From the NCBI GenBank assembly GCA_039802605.1, contig JBDRWW010000002.1:245613-309612 (forward strand): a stretch of 64,000 nucleotides of DNA. The letters are read 5' to 3'. This DNA is from a candidate division WOR-3 bacterium (GTDB lineage Bacteria; Hydrothermota; Hydrothermia; LBFQ01). Below the pieces are notes generated by a model, which was not told where the DNA came from, did no database searches, and was given only the letters and a program-made list of their open reading frames with translations. The translations under genes and the position numbers were made by a program. This document shows, piece after piece, positions 30,366 to 40,638 of this stretch; within the stretch, counting starts at the first letter, position 1, and each line of letters begins with the position of its first letter.

Positions 30366-31921
30366 ACTTCCCTCAAAGCATCGGATATCTCCCCCAGCGT
30401 TGCCCCCTCTTTTGCGCATTCAAAAATATAAGGCATAAGGTTTTCGGAGGTTTTTGCCTTTTGTTTTAAAGTTTTAAGGGCTTCTAAGAAGCCCCTACCC
30501 CTTCTGGATTTATATTCCTTTACCCTTCTCCTCTGCTCCTCTTGAACCTCTTCGGGTAGGGTAAAGATCTCTATTTTTTGCTCCTCAAATTTATCGGATT
30601 TAAAGGCATTTACACCAACCACCACCCTTTCCCCACTTTCCACTTCCATTTGATATTTGTACGCGCTTTCCTCTATTTCCTTTTGGAAAAACCCCATTTT
30701 TACGGCCTCTACTGCTCCCCCAAGGGAATCAATCTTATCCAAATATTCCCAAACCCGGTTTTCTATTTCGTTTGTAAGGCTCTCTATGAAATATGAACCG
30801 GCTAATGGATCCACCGTATCGGGTATATCCGTTTCATATGCTATTATTTGCTGCGTTCTTAGGGCCAACAACACGGATTGTTCCGTTGGTAGAGAAAGGG
30901 CTTCATCGTAGGAATTGGTATGTAGGGACTGGGTTCCCCCGAGAACGGCGGCCAGGGCTTCAATTGTCGTTCTTATGATATTGTTTAAGGGTTCCTGGGC
31001 AACCAAGGATGAACCGGCGGTTTGCGTATGAAACCTTAACATCATACTATTCGGGTTTTTGGCTTTAAAGCGCTCTTTCATTATCTTGTACCAAATCCTC
31101 CTCGCCGCTCTAAACTTTGCAATCTCTTCAAAAAAGTTTATCTGGGCGTTGAAGAAAAAGGAAAGTCTTGGTGCAAACTCATCAACATCCATTCCCCTCT
31201 TTAAAACCTCTTCAACATACGCGATGGCATCCGCAAATGTAAATGCCAATTCCTGTACGGAATTCGCCCCCGCCTCCCTATAATGATACCCCGATATTGA
31301 TATGGAATTCCACTTTGGCATGTGCTTTGCCGCAAATTCTATTATATCACCCACGAGTCTCATCGACGGCTCTACTGGATAAATGTAATTCCCCCTTGCC
31401 GCAAACTCTTTTAGTATATCGTTTTGAACCGTTCCCGATAGGTTTTTTCTGTTTGCACCTTTACCCTCCGCAACGAGAGTGTAAAAGGCCAATATTATAC
31501 CCGCCGTAGCGTTTATGGTCATAGATGTTGAAACCTTTTCCTGATCTATAAACTCAAACACCTCTGCCATATCCTCAATTGTTGAAATTGAAACCCCCGT
31601 CCTCCCTATTTCCCCTTCCGCCATTGGATGGTCGGCGTCGTATCCCAGTTGAGTGGGTAGATCAAAGGCTAAGGAAAGTCCGGTTTGCCCTTGGGATAAG
31701 AGATATTTAAACCTTTCGTTTGTCTGTTTTGCCGTACCAAAACCCGCATACTGCCTCATCGTCCAAACCTTTCCCCTATACATATTGGGATATACCCCCC
31801 TCGTGAAGGGTGGTTGTCCGGGGAGTCCAAGGGCTTCTTTGGGATTAAAATCCTTTAAATCCTCTTCGGTATAAACCTCTTTAAATTTGTATCCAAATGT
31901 GGTTTCAAACTTCTTTTTCAT
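30335..31921 (-). CDS. Methylmalonyl-CoA mutase, large (substrate-binding) subunit
   Basis: PGQPPFTRG, WTMRQYAGFG, AFDLPTQ, QNDILKE, SISGYH, GGTQSLHTN; no DxHxxG B12 domain. Confidence 0.93.
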   Translation of the reverse strand: MKKKFETTFGYKFKEVYTEEDLKDFNPKEALGLPGQPPFTRGVYPNMYRGKVWTMRQYAGFGTAKQTNERFKYLLSQGQTGLSLAFDLPTQLGYDADHPMAEGEIGRTGVSISTIEDMAEVFEFIDQEKVSTSMTINATAGIILAFYTLVAEGKGANRKNLSGTVQNDILKEFAARGNYIYPVEPSMRLVGDIIEFAAKHMPKWNSISISGYHYREAGANSVQELAFTFADAIAYVEEVLKRGMDVDEFAPRLSFFFNAQINFFEEIAKFRAARRIWYKIMKERFKAKNPNSMMLRFHTQTAGSSLVAQEPLNNIIRTTIEALAAVLGGTQSLHTNSYDEALSLPTEQSVLLALRTQQIIAYETDIPDTVDPLAGSYFIESLTNEIENRVWEYLDKIDSLGGAVEAVKMGFFQKEIEESAYKYQMEVESGERVVVGVNAFKSDKFEEQKIEIFTLPEEVQEEQRRRVKEYKSRRGRGFLEALKTLKQKAKTSENLMPYIFECAKEGATLGEISDALREVWGTYDELKT

Positions 31922-32862
31922 AGGAATAGTTGGCTTACAGAGCCACCTTTATGTATCCTCTTTATAGCCTCGGCCAAGAGCTGTGATATGTCAAGGGTTA
32001 TGATTTTGCTGGGTAATTCTTTGTTATGGTTAATGGTATTTGTTATAACCACGCTTTCCGCCGGGCAGTTTGCTAACTTTTCAAGGGCATCGCCGGAGAA
32101 CAATCCGTGGGTTGCCATTATTATAATCCTGTTTGCACCCTCGTTTTTTAAAGCAAATGTGGCGTTTGAAATGGTTGTAGCGGTATCAATTATATCGTCT
32201 ATGAGCAAAACATTTTTCTCCTTAACATCCCCTATAACCCTTACAACTTCGGCAACATTGGGTTTTGGTCTCCTCTTATCAATTAATGCAATGGGTAAAT
32301 TCCAAAGTTTTTCGGCAATGGTCCTTGCCCTCTTTATTCCCCCAACATCCGGAGAAACTATTATCCATTCATCCGGATTTAAACCCAATGGAAACTCGGA
32401 TTGTAAATACCTTTTAAATATTGGGGTGGCATAGAGGTTATCCACGGGTATATCAAAAAAACCCTGGATTTGATCCGCGTGTAAATCAACGGTTAAAACC
32501 CTGTCAAAACCCGAAGATTCAACGAGTTTTGCGATGAGTTTGGCGGATATCGGAACCCTCGGTTTATCCTTTCTATCCTGACGGGCATATCCAAAATACG
32601 GAATCACGGCGGTTATTCGGGCGGCAGATGCCCTCCTCGCCGCATCCGCCAAAAGCAAAAGTTCCAATATGTTTTCCGCCGGTGGATTTGTCGATTGAAT
32701 TATAAAAACATCATCCCCCCTAACGCTTTCCTCAATTTGTACGAAGATTTCCCCATCCGCAAACCTGCTAACCGTATGCTTTGTCGGTTCTATACCCAAC
32801 TCTTCGCATATACCAAGCATTAAATTCCTATTTGAATTACCCCCAAGTATTTTGATTTCCAA
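31918..32862 (-). CDS. prs: Ribose-phosphate pyrophosphokinase
   Basis: FADGE, PYFGYARQDRK, DLHADQIQGFF, VSPDVGG, IDDIIDT; TTG start. Confidence 0.96.
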   Translation of the reverse strand: MEIKILGGNSNRNLMLGICEELGIEPTKHTVSRFADGEIFVQIEESVRGDDVFIIQSTNPPAENILELLLLADAARRASAARITAVIPYFGYARQDRKDKPRVPISAKLIAKLVESSGFDRVLTVDLHADQIQGFFDIPVDNLYATPIFKRYLQSEFPLGLNPDEWIIVSPDVGGIKRARTIAEKLWNLPIALIDKRRPKPNVAEVVRVIGDVKEKNVLLIDDIIDTATTISNATFALKNEGANRIIIMATHGLFSGDALEKLANCPAESVVITNTINHNKELPSKIITLDISQLLAEAIKRIHKGGSVSQLFL

Positions 32863-32863
32863 A

Positions 32864-32950
32864 CGGAGAGGGTGGGATTTGAACCCACGAGGGGCTTACG
32901 CCCCTACGCGATTTCGAATCGCGCCCCTTCGGCCGCTCGGGCACCTCTCC
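32864..32950 (-). tRNA. tRNA-Ser (anticodon CGA), long variable arm, CCA not encoded
   Basis: Reverse complement GGAGAGGTGCCCGAGCGGCCGAAGGGGCGCGATTCGAAATCGCGTAGGGGCGTAAGCCCCTCGTGGGTTCAAATCCCACCCTCTCCG. Confidence 0.96.
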
Positions 32951-33010
32951 GTAAAGCGAATATTTTAAAGTCGTAAATATTAATGCCATCACCCCCTTAA
33001 AATTCCCGTC

Positions 33011-34006
33011 TTGCCGGTATCCGTAATAATTCCCGTTAGAAACGAAAGGGATAACATAATGGGTGTAATTGACAGCGTAAAGGGGGCGCTAAAAAATTCC
33101 CAATTGAATTTTGAAATCGTTATTGTTGATGATAACTCTACGGATGGGACATATGAAATTTTAAAGGGGTTGGAAGACATTAAACTTATCAGGATTACCG
33201 AAAAACCCCAAACGGCCGTTGGGAAAAATTTCGCTTTATGGAAGGGTTTTAAGGTATCAAAAGGGGATGTGTTGCTCTTTTTGGATGCGGATGTTAAACT
33301 TGAACAAAGTTCATTGGAAAGAATACTTCCATTTTTAAGGGATTACGACTTGGTTTCCGTAAGTCCAAGACAAGAAACGGGTTCTCCCTTTGAGGCTTCT
33401 TTACAACCCTTTGTTTTTAAATTTTTATCTTCAATTTATCCCCTTGAAAGGATTAAAGACCCCAAGAGTTCGGTGGCGGCGGCAAACGGACAGTTTATAC
33501 TCATTAAAAGGGGGGTTTATGAGAAGGTTTGCGGGCATAAGGCGGTTATATCGCAAATATTGGAAGATGTGGAATTCGCGAGGAATGTTAAATTATCGGG
33601 TTTTAGGATACTACTTTTAAACGGGAAGGATTACGGGGTAAGGTGTAGGATGTATAAGGGTTTTAAAGATCTGATAAACGGATGGTCAAAAAACCTGTTT
33701 CTTCTATCTTACAAAAAACTCTATTTACCTTTGACCTTTGGATTTATGCACCTGTTTGAAGCCTTGGCAATAGTGTTTTTAACGGTTTATTTTGCATTTG
33801 TGGGTGAATACGGCTTAGCCTCCGGGGTTTTTCTTTTGGGTAATTTGTACACATTTTACGCATTCCGAAACCATTACCAGTTCTATACGGTTATACACTT
33901 ATTGGTGGGCTCATTGTTGTTTATATTTGTCTCTCTGAGGTCATACTATTGGATTAAGTTTAAAGGTGCGGTCTATTGGAAGGGTAGATGGGTAAAAATA
34001 CATTAA
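33011..34006 (+). CDS. GT2 glycosyltransferase (CrtQ/HpnB-like)
   Basis: SVIIPVRNE, DDNSTDGT, GK..AL, FLDAD, ANGQF, ED, RMY, WKGR C-terminus. Confidence 0.85.
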   Translation: MPVSVIIPVRNERDNIMGVIDSVKGALKNSQLNFEIVIVDDNSTDGTYEILKGLEDIKLIRITEKPQTAVGKNFALWKGFKVSKGDVLLFLDADVKLEQSSLERILPFLRDYDLVSVSPRQETGSPFEASLQPFVFKFLSSIYPLERIKDPKSSVAAANGQFILIKRGVYEKVCGHKAVISQILEDVEFARNVKLSGFRILLLNGKDYGVRCRMYKGFKDLINGWSKNLFLLSYKKLYLPLTFGFMHLFEALAIVFLTVYFAFVGEYGLASGVFLLGNLYTFYAFRNHYQFYTVIHLLVGSLLFIFVSLRSYYWIKFKGAVYWKGRWVKIH

Positions 34007-34041
34007 TTGTTTTCCCCCTTATAATACATACCTTTTGCATT

Positions 34042-34767
34042 ATGGAAAACATCGGTTTCACCGTTGGAGGTATGGCTATTTCCTTTACAGCCGGGGTGCT
34101 ATCGTTTTTATCTCCCTGTGTTTTGCCGTTAGTTCCGGCATATTTGGGCTATGTTTCCGGTTTAAGCGTTGCTGAATTGAAGTCTGGTAAAGGTGGTGGG
34201 AGACTGTTGGCGGGTATAATATCCTTTGTATTGGGGTTTTCCGTTGTATTTACACTCATGGGATTAACCGCATCCGCGGTTGGCGTATTCTTGGCAAAAA
34301 ACAAAAGCGTAATAGGGTTATTGGCCGGTATCCTCCTTATTATTTTCGGCGTTCATCTTATTGGAATAATAAGGATTCCTATACTTGATTACGAGAGAAG
34401 GGCGGAATTTCAGGCAAAAACTGCCAATATATTTGTATCATTCCTTATGGGTGCCGCCTTTGCATTCGGTTGGACGCCCTGTATAGGCCCTACCCTTTCG
34501 GGGATATTGGCACTTGCCGCCGTTTCGGATACCATATGGCAAGGAGGGGTTCTGCTTTTCATATATTCCCTGGGTTTGGGGATACCCTTTATACTTTCGG
34601 GGATATTTGCCGGAAAAATATTTGGATTCATATCAAGAACCAGAAGGGCTTTGAGGTGGTTTGAGATAATTTCGGGAATACTTTTGATTATCCTCGGAAT
34701 CCTCCTAATTACGGGTTGGATACAGTATATATCTTACATTATGCCGCAATGGGAGTTGCCGCTATGA
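34042..34767 (+). CDS. ccdA: Cytochrome c biogenesis protein CcdA
   Basis: SFLSPCVLPLVPAY and GWTPCIGP motifs. Confidence 0.92.
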   Translation: MENIGFTVGGMAISFTAGVLSFLSPCVLPLVPAYLGYVSGLSVAELKSGKGGGRLLAGIISFVLGFSVVFTLMGLTASAVGVFLAKNKSVIGLLAGILLIIFGVHLIGIIRIPILDYERRAEFQAKTANIFVSFLMGAAFAFGWTPCIGPTLSGILALAAVSDTIWQGGVLLFIYSLGLGIPFILSGIFAGKIFGFISRTRRALRWFEIISGILLIILGILLITGWIQYISYIMPQWELPL

Positions 34768-35036
34768 AAAGGGTTAGCGATGCCCTTTTGGGCGTATTAA
34801 AACACTTAAAGGCCGAAGGCGTTTTGAATTCCATAAGGATAATAAAGGTTGCCAAAAGGGTTTTAAAGCCCTATGAATGCGATGTTTTATCATATGATAG
34901 GGGTATATTATTCGTTTGGACGGCAAAACCCGAAAGGAGGTTTGAAATACAGGCGAAAAAAACGGAAATCGTTGGGGTAATAAACGCGTTTTTAGGTGAA
35001 AATGTCGTTAAAGATATAAAGTTTAGGAAGAAATGA
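34764..35036 (+). CDS. DciA/DUF721-like protein
   Basis: ATGA overlap with ccdA; C-terminal [13 protein letters not shown] pattern. Confidence 0.55.
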   Translation: MKRVSDALLGVLKHLKAEGVLNSIRIIKVAKRVLKPYECDVLSYDRGILFVWTAKPERRFEIQAKKTEIVGVINAFLGENVVKDIKFRKK

Positions 35037-36052
35037 AGTTCATAGACCTTAGAAGCGATACGGTAACCAAACCCACGCCGGAGATGAGAAAGGCAATGTT
35101 TGAGGCGGAAGTGGGCGATGATGTTTTGGGCGAAGACCCAACGGTGAAGGAATTGGAAAGGTTGGCCGCTGATATGTTTGGTAAAGAGGAGGCGTTATTT
35201 TTCCCGTCGGGATCAATGGCAAACGCAACGGCCGTAAAGGTCCATACAAATGAGGGGGATGAGGTGATAGTTGAAGAGAGGAGCCATATATACCTTATGG
35301 AAATGGGGCATTTGGCCTTTATTTCAAGGGTTATTCCGAGACCCGTTGGGTCTTATAGGGGAAATATGGATTTGGATGAAATAAAGAAGGCTATAAGGGG
35401 AAACAGGCCCTATGTTCCAAAAACTTCCCTTATATGTATTGAAAATACGCATAACTATTGGGGTGGTGCCGTTGTAGATATTGATAACATAAAAAGTATT
35501 TGGGGGTTGGCCAAGGAAAACGGTTTAAAGGTTCATATCGACGGTGCGAGGATATTCAACGCTTCCGCCCATTCCGGAATATCCGTTAAGGAATACGCCA
35601 AGTATTGTGATTCCTTAATGTTCAGTTTATCAAAGGGGTTATGCGCCCCAATAGGTTCAATGCTGGTGGGTTCTAAGGACTTTATAGAAAAGGCGAGGAG
35701 GATAAGGAAGTTGCTGGGTGGTGGTATGAGGCAGGTGGGCGTTATTGCGGCAGCCGGAATAGTGGCATTAACAAAAATGGTTGATAGGATTAAAGAGGAT
35801 CACGAAAAGGCCAAAATGTTCTGTGAGGTTTTGAGGGATGCGGGTTGTGAAATAAACCCGGAGGATTTCCCAACGAATATAGTGATTTTAAAGGTGGACG
35901 ATGCCCAAAGGTTCGTTGAAAGGTTAAAGGGAAACGGTGTCTTGGCCTTACCTATAAGTCCCACAGAGGTTAGATTTGTATTCCATAACGATGTTAGTTT
36001 TGAAGATGTTAAAAAAGGAGGTGAAATATGCGCGAAGTTGTTGAAGAGCTAG
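35033..36052 (+). CDS. ltaE: Low-specificity L-threonine aldolase
   Basis: [43 protein letters not shown]. Confidence 0.94.
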   Translation: MKFIDLRSDTVTKPTPEMRKAMFEAEVGDDVLGEDPTVKELERLAADMFGKEEALFFPSGSMANATAVKVHTNEGDEVIVEERSHIYLMEMGHLAFISRVIPRPVGSYRGNMDLDEIKKAIRGNRPYVPKTSLICIENTHNYWGGAVVDIDNIKSIWGLAKENGLKVHIDGARIFNASAHSGISVKEYAKYCDSLMFSLSKGLCAPIGSMLVGSKDFIEKARRIRKLLGGGMRQVGVIAAAGIVALTKMVDRIKEDHEKAKMFCEVLRDAGCEINPEDFPTNIVILKVDDAQRFVERLKGNGVLALPISPTEVRFVFHNDVSFEDVKKGGEICAKLLKS

Positions 36053-36945
36053 GAACAAAAACGGGGCTTGTGATTTTAAAGAGGGAAGTTTTTGAGGATC
36101 CGGTTATGTATTCATACTTTTACAATGGTCAGAGAGTATTCTCGCAGAGTTTTCTATATAAGCCCAAGTGGTGGGAAGGGATCTTAACGGAAGAAGAGGT
36201 TGATCTGAATTTCGGTAAAAATCTATTCAGGGTTGCGGCGGATAAAATTGGTTTTGAAAAACTTATGGAACACCTGAAAGATTATAGTAAAAAAGTTGAA
36301 GAAACCGTTAAAAAGGAGATTAGTGTGAACGGTTGGAAGGTAAAAGCGGAGTTTGTAGAATACGATGAGGAATACATTGAAAGCATGTTCGGAATATCTG
36401 CAAAAAGACTACCCGATGAATTGGTTAAACTCAGAAATGCCGGTATTATGTATCATGAAATTACGGAACCACCCGTAAAAAAGCCCAATCCCTTAATTTT
36501 GGTGTGTCCCTACAATATTGAAATCTATGTTTATTCAAAATCGGAAAATAGATATTGCAAGGCAATAATCCAAGATCCCGAGAAAATGGAAAGATTGCTG
36601 GAATCTTGGGAGTTTGTTGAGGACTTGGATTTGAGTTTCGTAAAAAATTTGAGTATAGAGCAACCCTATCTGATTTACCCTATAAACGCAAGGGACGGAA
36701 TAATTGCGAGGTACAGGAAAGGAAAGCTCTTAGATTACGAGATTATAACCCTAAAAGAAATCGTTTTCTATATTAAGCAGTACGTTCAGACCTTTTCAGA
36801 ATTGATGGGCAGGGCGCTTGAAAAACTTCCCGTATATCTTCCTAAAAACGCCAAAATGGATATTATTAAGAAGTTTTTCTTAGAACATCCGGAACCCGAA
36901 GAATTTAAACGGGCTATTCTTATCGAATACGGGGTTGAAATATGA
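36028..36945 (+). CDS. Hypothetical protein
   Basis: 305 aa ORF with AGGAGG SD, coupled to the next gene. Confidence 0.65.
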   Translation: MREVVEELGTKTGLVILKREVFEDPVMYSYFYNGQRVFSQSFLYKPKWWEGILTEEEVDLNFGKNLFRVAADKIGFEKLMEHLKDYSKKVEETVKKEISVNGWKVKAEFVEYDEEYIESMFGISAKRLPDELVKLRNAGIMYHEITEPPVKKPNPLILVCPYNIEIYVYSKSENRYCKAIIQDPEKMERLLESWEFVEDLDLSFVKNLSIEQPYLIYPINARDGIIARYRKGKLLDYEIITLKEIVFYIKQYVQTFSELMGRALEKLPVYLPKNAKMDIIKKFFLEHPEPEEFKRAILIEYGVEI

Positions 36946-38138
36946 AAAAGCCTTTTGGACCTTTTGATTATACGGAATACGACCCCGAAACCGGGGTCAT
37001 AAAAGCCTTTGGGGTACCATCAACCTTTCACTGCAATGTATTTAATTATTTCTTTCGCTTAGGCGTGGTTAACCTCTTGGGTGAAAGGGGAAGGGATCTC
37101 GTGTATGAATCATCTGAAATCGCACATTATAGGCTGTTCAAATCAACGGGACTTAAGGGGCAAGAACTACTCGATTTTGGCAAGGAATACTTTAAAAGTA
37201 GGGGTTTGGGTGTTCTTTCTTTTAAGAGCAAAAACGAAATTATTCTCTATAATTCAACGCACGGTCATACATCCATAATAATAGAAAAGAGGCATTCCGA
37301 AAAGCCATCCTGCGATGTTGAAAGGGGTTTCTTATCAGGCTTATTACACGCCGCCCTTGATGTGCCACTTGGAACCCTTCAAGTTGAGGAGTATGAGTGC
37401 ATGGCAATGGGAAATCCCGCATGTAAGATGGAAGTAAAGGTTATAAACAAACCCAAAAGGTTTGAAGAACCCAACTATACGGATGAAATATTTATAAGAT
37501 TGGATGGTAAAATCCAAAAGGAAAAGATTGAAAAAATAAAACAAATTATGCCCGTCCCCGACGAATCGGGTGTATTGGCAATACCTTCAAGGTTCGCGGA
37601 TATTAGAAAGGTTTGGGTAACACTCCTCCCCACGGAATATTACTCTAGGGTTAATTTAAAAATGTTTGAGCTTCTTGACGAAGAAAAAGCAAGGTATTAT
37701 ACAACTTTGGCGGGTTTTAATTGCGTTTCCTTTACATATATAAGTTTGTATCACACCCCTTTTGGAGAAATAGTTTGTGGCAACCTTGGAGAAAAAGATG
37801 AAATGGAAGCCCTAAGGTGTTTTATAGAGTTAAGTGATTATTTGGGTTTTGGAAGGGTTAAAACATCCTTTGAAAAGGTAAAAATAACGCTTGATATATA
37901 TAACTTTTATGACAACAATTATGCGTTAGCCTTAAAATCAAAGCCCAGATCCTACTTTGCAGCCGGCGCAATGCTGGCTTCAAAATTTGCCATATTAGAT
38001 TTAAAAGCATATAAGGAAGACTTTAAGATGTCAGCCCTTGGTATATTCAACAAGTTTGATAATATTTATTACAATGCGGATTGGAAAACGGAGTTTGATG
38101 AGAATAAGAGCCATCAAAGGGTAATAATAAATGTATGA
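36942..38138 (+). CDS. V4R (4-vinyl reductase) domain protein
   Basis: GLG, CDVERGFLSG, EEYECMAMGNPAC; second degenerate V4R-like half. Confidence 0.7.
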   Translation: MKKPFGPFDYTEYDPETGVIKAFGVPSTFHCNVFNYFFRLGVVNLLGERGRDLVYESSEIAHYRLFKSTGLKGQELLDFGKEYFKSRGLGVLSFKSKNEIILYNSTHGHTSIIIEKRHSEKPSCDVERGFLSGLLHAALDVPLGTLQVEEYECMAMGNPACKMEVKVINKPKRFEEPNYTDEIFIRLDGKIQKEKIEKIKQIMPVPDESGVLAIPSRFADIRKVWVTLLPTEYYSRVNLKMFELLDEEKARYYTTLAGFNCVSFTYISLYHTPFGEIVCGNLGEKDEMEALRCFIELSDYLGFGRVKTSFEKVKITLDIYNFYDNNYALALKSKPRSYFAAGAMLASKFAILDLKAYKEDFKMSALGIFNKFDNIYYNADWKTEFDENKSHQRVIINV

Positions 38139-39238
38139 GGCTTTTAATTTACGGGTATGCGCCGAAGGAGTTCGGTGGGGAAATCAGCGGAGGGGTTGCA
38201 ACATATATAGGTTATCTTCTGAAAAATTTAAAGGGTTTTAAAATAGGGCTTTTGGCGGAAAATGTAAGGTTTTTTAAAAGGGAATACGGCAACGTTTTTG
38301 TTTATGGTCCTCCGAGTAAGCGTTGGTTTTTTAGGGAAATCCTTTATACAAAAACATTTAAACCCAATTCAAAATGGCTTTGGAATTCAAGGCTAAAAAT
38401 AATAATAGACGACTTAAAACCCGAAATATTCTACTCGCATATACCCCACTCGCCCGCAAACAGGATGGAGGTCTTAAAAGGGTTAAGGTTCATAGTTGAA
38501 TTTCCATCAATACACGCTTACATGTTTGAAAGAAACGCCGATTTAAAAAAACGATTTTACGATAATATGCTTTACTCCTATAAAAATGCCCTTTGGGTTG
38601 TATTTTTATCTTCAAAAGTTGAGAAGCAGGTTAAGGAATTGTTTGGTGATAGGGATAAAACCTTTGTTATTCCGCCGGTTGTAAAGGTTCCAAATTGGAA
38701 TTATACAAAGGAGGAAAGCCGCAAGGTTTTGAGTTTGGAAGGTGATTTAATTGTGGGGTTTGCGGGTATGCTTACGGGTAGAAAGGGGGAAGATTTGTTA
38801 ATAAAAGCATCGGTTAATAAGCCTTGGAAGTTGGTAATTGCGGGTGGTGGCTCCGGCTTTAACGATGCGGTTAAATTGGCAAGGGATTTAAATATTAATG
38901 CGGTTTTTCTCGGTGATATTTCCGGTGATAAACTATGGCACTTTTACAATTCTTTGGATGTTTTCTGTTTGCCTTCCAGGAGCGAAACCTTTGGAATAGC
39001 GGTTGTTGAGGCCATGCTCTTTGGTAAAAATGTGGTGGTTTCTAAGGAAATACCCGAAGAGGTTGCGCCGGAAGGTTTGACAATAAGGGTGGATTTGGAT
39101 GTTGAAAGCGTTGCGTATGGAATAGAAAAGGCTTTGAATTCAAACATTAAAGGGGATGATATTAGGAACTATGCTTTAAGGTTTTCGGATGAAGAGGCTT
39201 TTATATCAAAGCATTTGGAGGTTTTTAGGAATTCTTAG
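38135..39238 (+). CDS. GT4 glycosyltransferase
   Basis: GGVA, RKGED, PSRSETFGIAVVEAM. Confidence 0.88.
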   Translation: MRLLIYGYAPKEFGGEISGGVATYIGYLLKNLKGFKIGLLAENVRFFKREYGNVFVYGPPSKRWFFREILYTKTFKPNSKWLWNSRLKIIIDDLKPEIFYSHIPHSPANRMEVLKGLRFIVEFPSIHAYMFERNADLKKRFYDNMLYSYKNALWVVFLSSKVEKQVKELFGDRDKTFVIPPVVKVPNWNYTKEESRKVLSLEGDLIVGFAGMLTGRKGEDLLIKASVNKPWKLVIAGGGSGFNDAVKLARDLNINAVFLGDISGDKLWHFYNSLDVFCLPSRSETFGIAVVEAMLFGKNVVVSKEIPEEVAPEGLTIRVDLDVESVAYGIEKALNSNIKGDDIRNYALRFSDEEAFISKHLEVFRNS

Positions 39239-40628
39239 TTTGCACTTTTACGCAGATTTTGTATATGTCTCGGAAACTCTTGGCTTCTTCTTCCTTGCAC
39301 CCCTTGTCATTTTTTGTTAAAGGATAGATTATATAAACTTTTGGTTCCTTGTCCCTGTTCTTAATTTCTACATTCTCATGGAATTTCTCCTTTATCCACT
39401 TTTCTATTTCTTCCCCCTTTATCCTACCGTAAAGGGACAACTGGGCTAAATCCTCCTTGAAATCCTCCTTGTCCCATCCGGTATTATAACCATCTTTATA
39501 CTTTGCATCGGCGATGATGTATTCACTGCGGTCTTTTTTCACCAATACGAAATCGGGTCTTAACTTCCCAACTTCTGTTTTTATATTCCTGTCTTTATAC
39601 CCCGGATAAACATCGTAATCTTTGAAAATGAAAATCTCCCCGTTCCTTATTTTAACTTCAACATACCTTTCAAATAGTTCGTTCATATTTATCCAATGAG
39701 GCATTACCGTGTTTATTTTTTTCTCTTGGGTTTCAACTTCTGGATCATAACCCAAATGCCTTAATATGATTTCCGCAACCTTTAAGGCTTCCTTGTAATC
39801 TCTCCTTATCCTCTGAACATTGGTAATCCTAAAATCTTGGGGATATATGCGGGTTGTTGAAACCATTTCAAAAGAAAGGCTGATATACCTTATCTTCTCT
39901 CCCAATTCAATATTATGCCTTTTCAAAAACCCTATACCCTTTAAGAATGCGGCCTTTAATATCCTGTTTTCCAATATATCCTCCGTCCATTCGTTGTATT
40001 CACAATATGCGTAATGCTTTTTCCCCCTCGGCCAATTTTCAACAGCAGTAGCCCCCACCAAAACCCTACCCCTTATCCTACCCCTCAAATTCTCCATATG
40101 TTTCTTATAACCCCTTTGCAATCCCCTGTGCAGGAGTTTATAAAGGGTATCCATATAATACAAAATGACGAAAATCATAAAATCGCTAAAATCCTCCTCC
40201 AACCTTATAATTTCCCCCGTAATTATATCCCAATCTTCTCCTCTCTTAAAGTGTGCCCCTGCATAAGGGTTTTTCATTACCTCTAAGAACATCCTTGAAA
40301 AACTCAGGTTTATCTTTGGCTCTATGAGGAATATAACTTCCTCGTCATTACCGTTAATTTTTCCGTTTAACTTCAAAAGGCCTACAAACCAGTGGGCTTT
40401 TAGTTTGTTATTTTCATCCAAATGAAGGCCGAGGTATTTGCTTTTTTGGGTTTGTTGTTTTTCATCATCTTCATCGGGTGGTGGTTTTTGAATGGCTTCA
40501 ATGAATTCTTTATCGGTTATTTCAATCTCTTGGTTATTAAATTTTAGAATAACCTTATCTTCTTCCTTTTTTAACTCCAATAATTCAACCCCTAAGTCTC
40601 CATACTCCCTACCCTTAACCCTCTCCAT
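39225..40628 (-). CDS. mcrC: McrC-family restriction endonuclease subunit
   Basis: FVGL...IEPK, GRIRGR, ENRILK, NMNELFERYV, LRPDF...IADAKYK (PD-DxK), QL..Y. Confidence 0.85.
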   Translation of the reverse strand: MERVKGREYGDLGVELLELKKEEDKVILKFNNQEIEITDKEFIEAIQKPPPDEDDEKQQTQKSKYLGLHLDENNKLKAHWFVGLLKLNGKINGNDEEVIFLIEPKINLSFSRMFLEVMKNPYAGAHFKRGEDWDIITGEIIRLEEDFSDFMIFVILYYMDTLYKLLHRGLQRGYKKHMENLRGRIRGRVLVGATAVENWPRGKKHYAYCEYNEWTEDILENRILKAAFLKGIGFLKRHNIELGEKIRYISLSFEMVSTTRIYPQDFRITNVQRIRRDYKEALKVAEIILRHLGYDPEVETQEKKINTVMPHWINMNELFERYVEVKIRNGEIFIFKDYDVYPGYKDRNIKTEVGKLRPDFVLVKKDRSEYIIADAKYKDGYNTGWDKEDFKEDLAQLSLYGRIKGEEIEKWIKEKFHENVEIKNRDKEPKVYIIYPLTKNDKGCKEEEAKSFRDIYKICVKVQTKNS

Positions 40629-40638
40629 AACTGGTATT

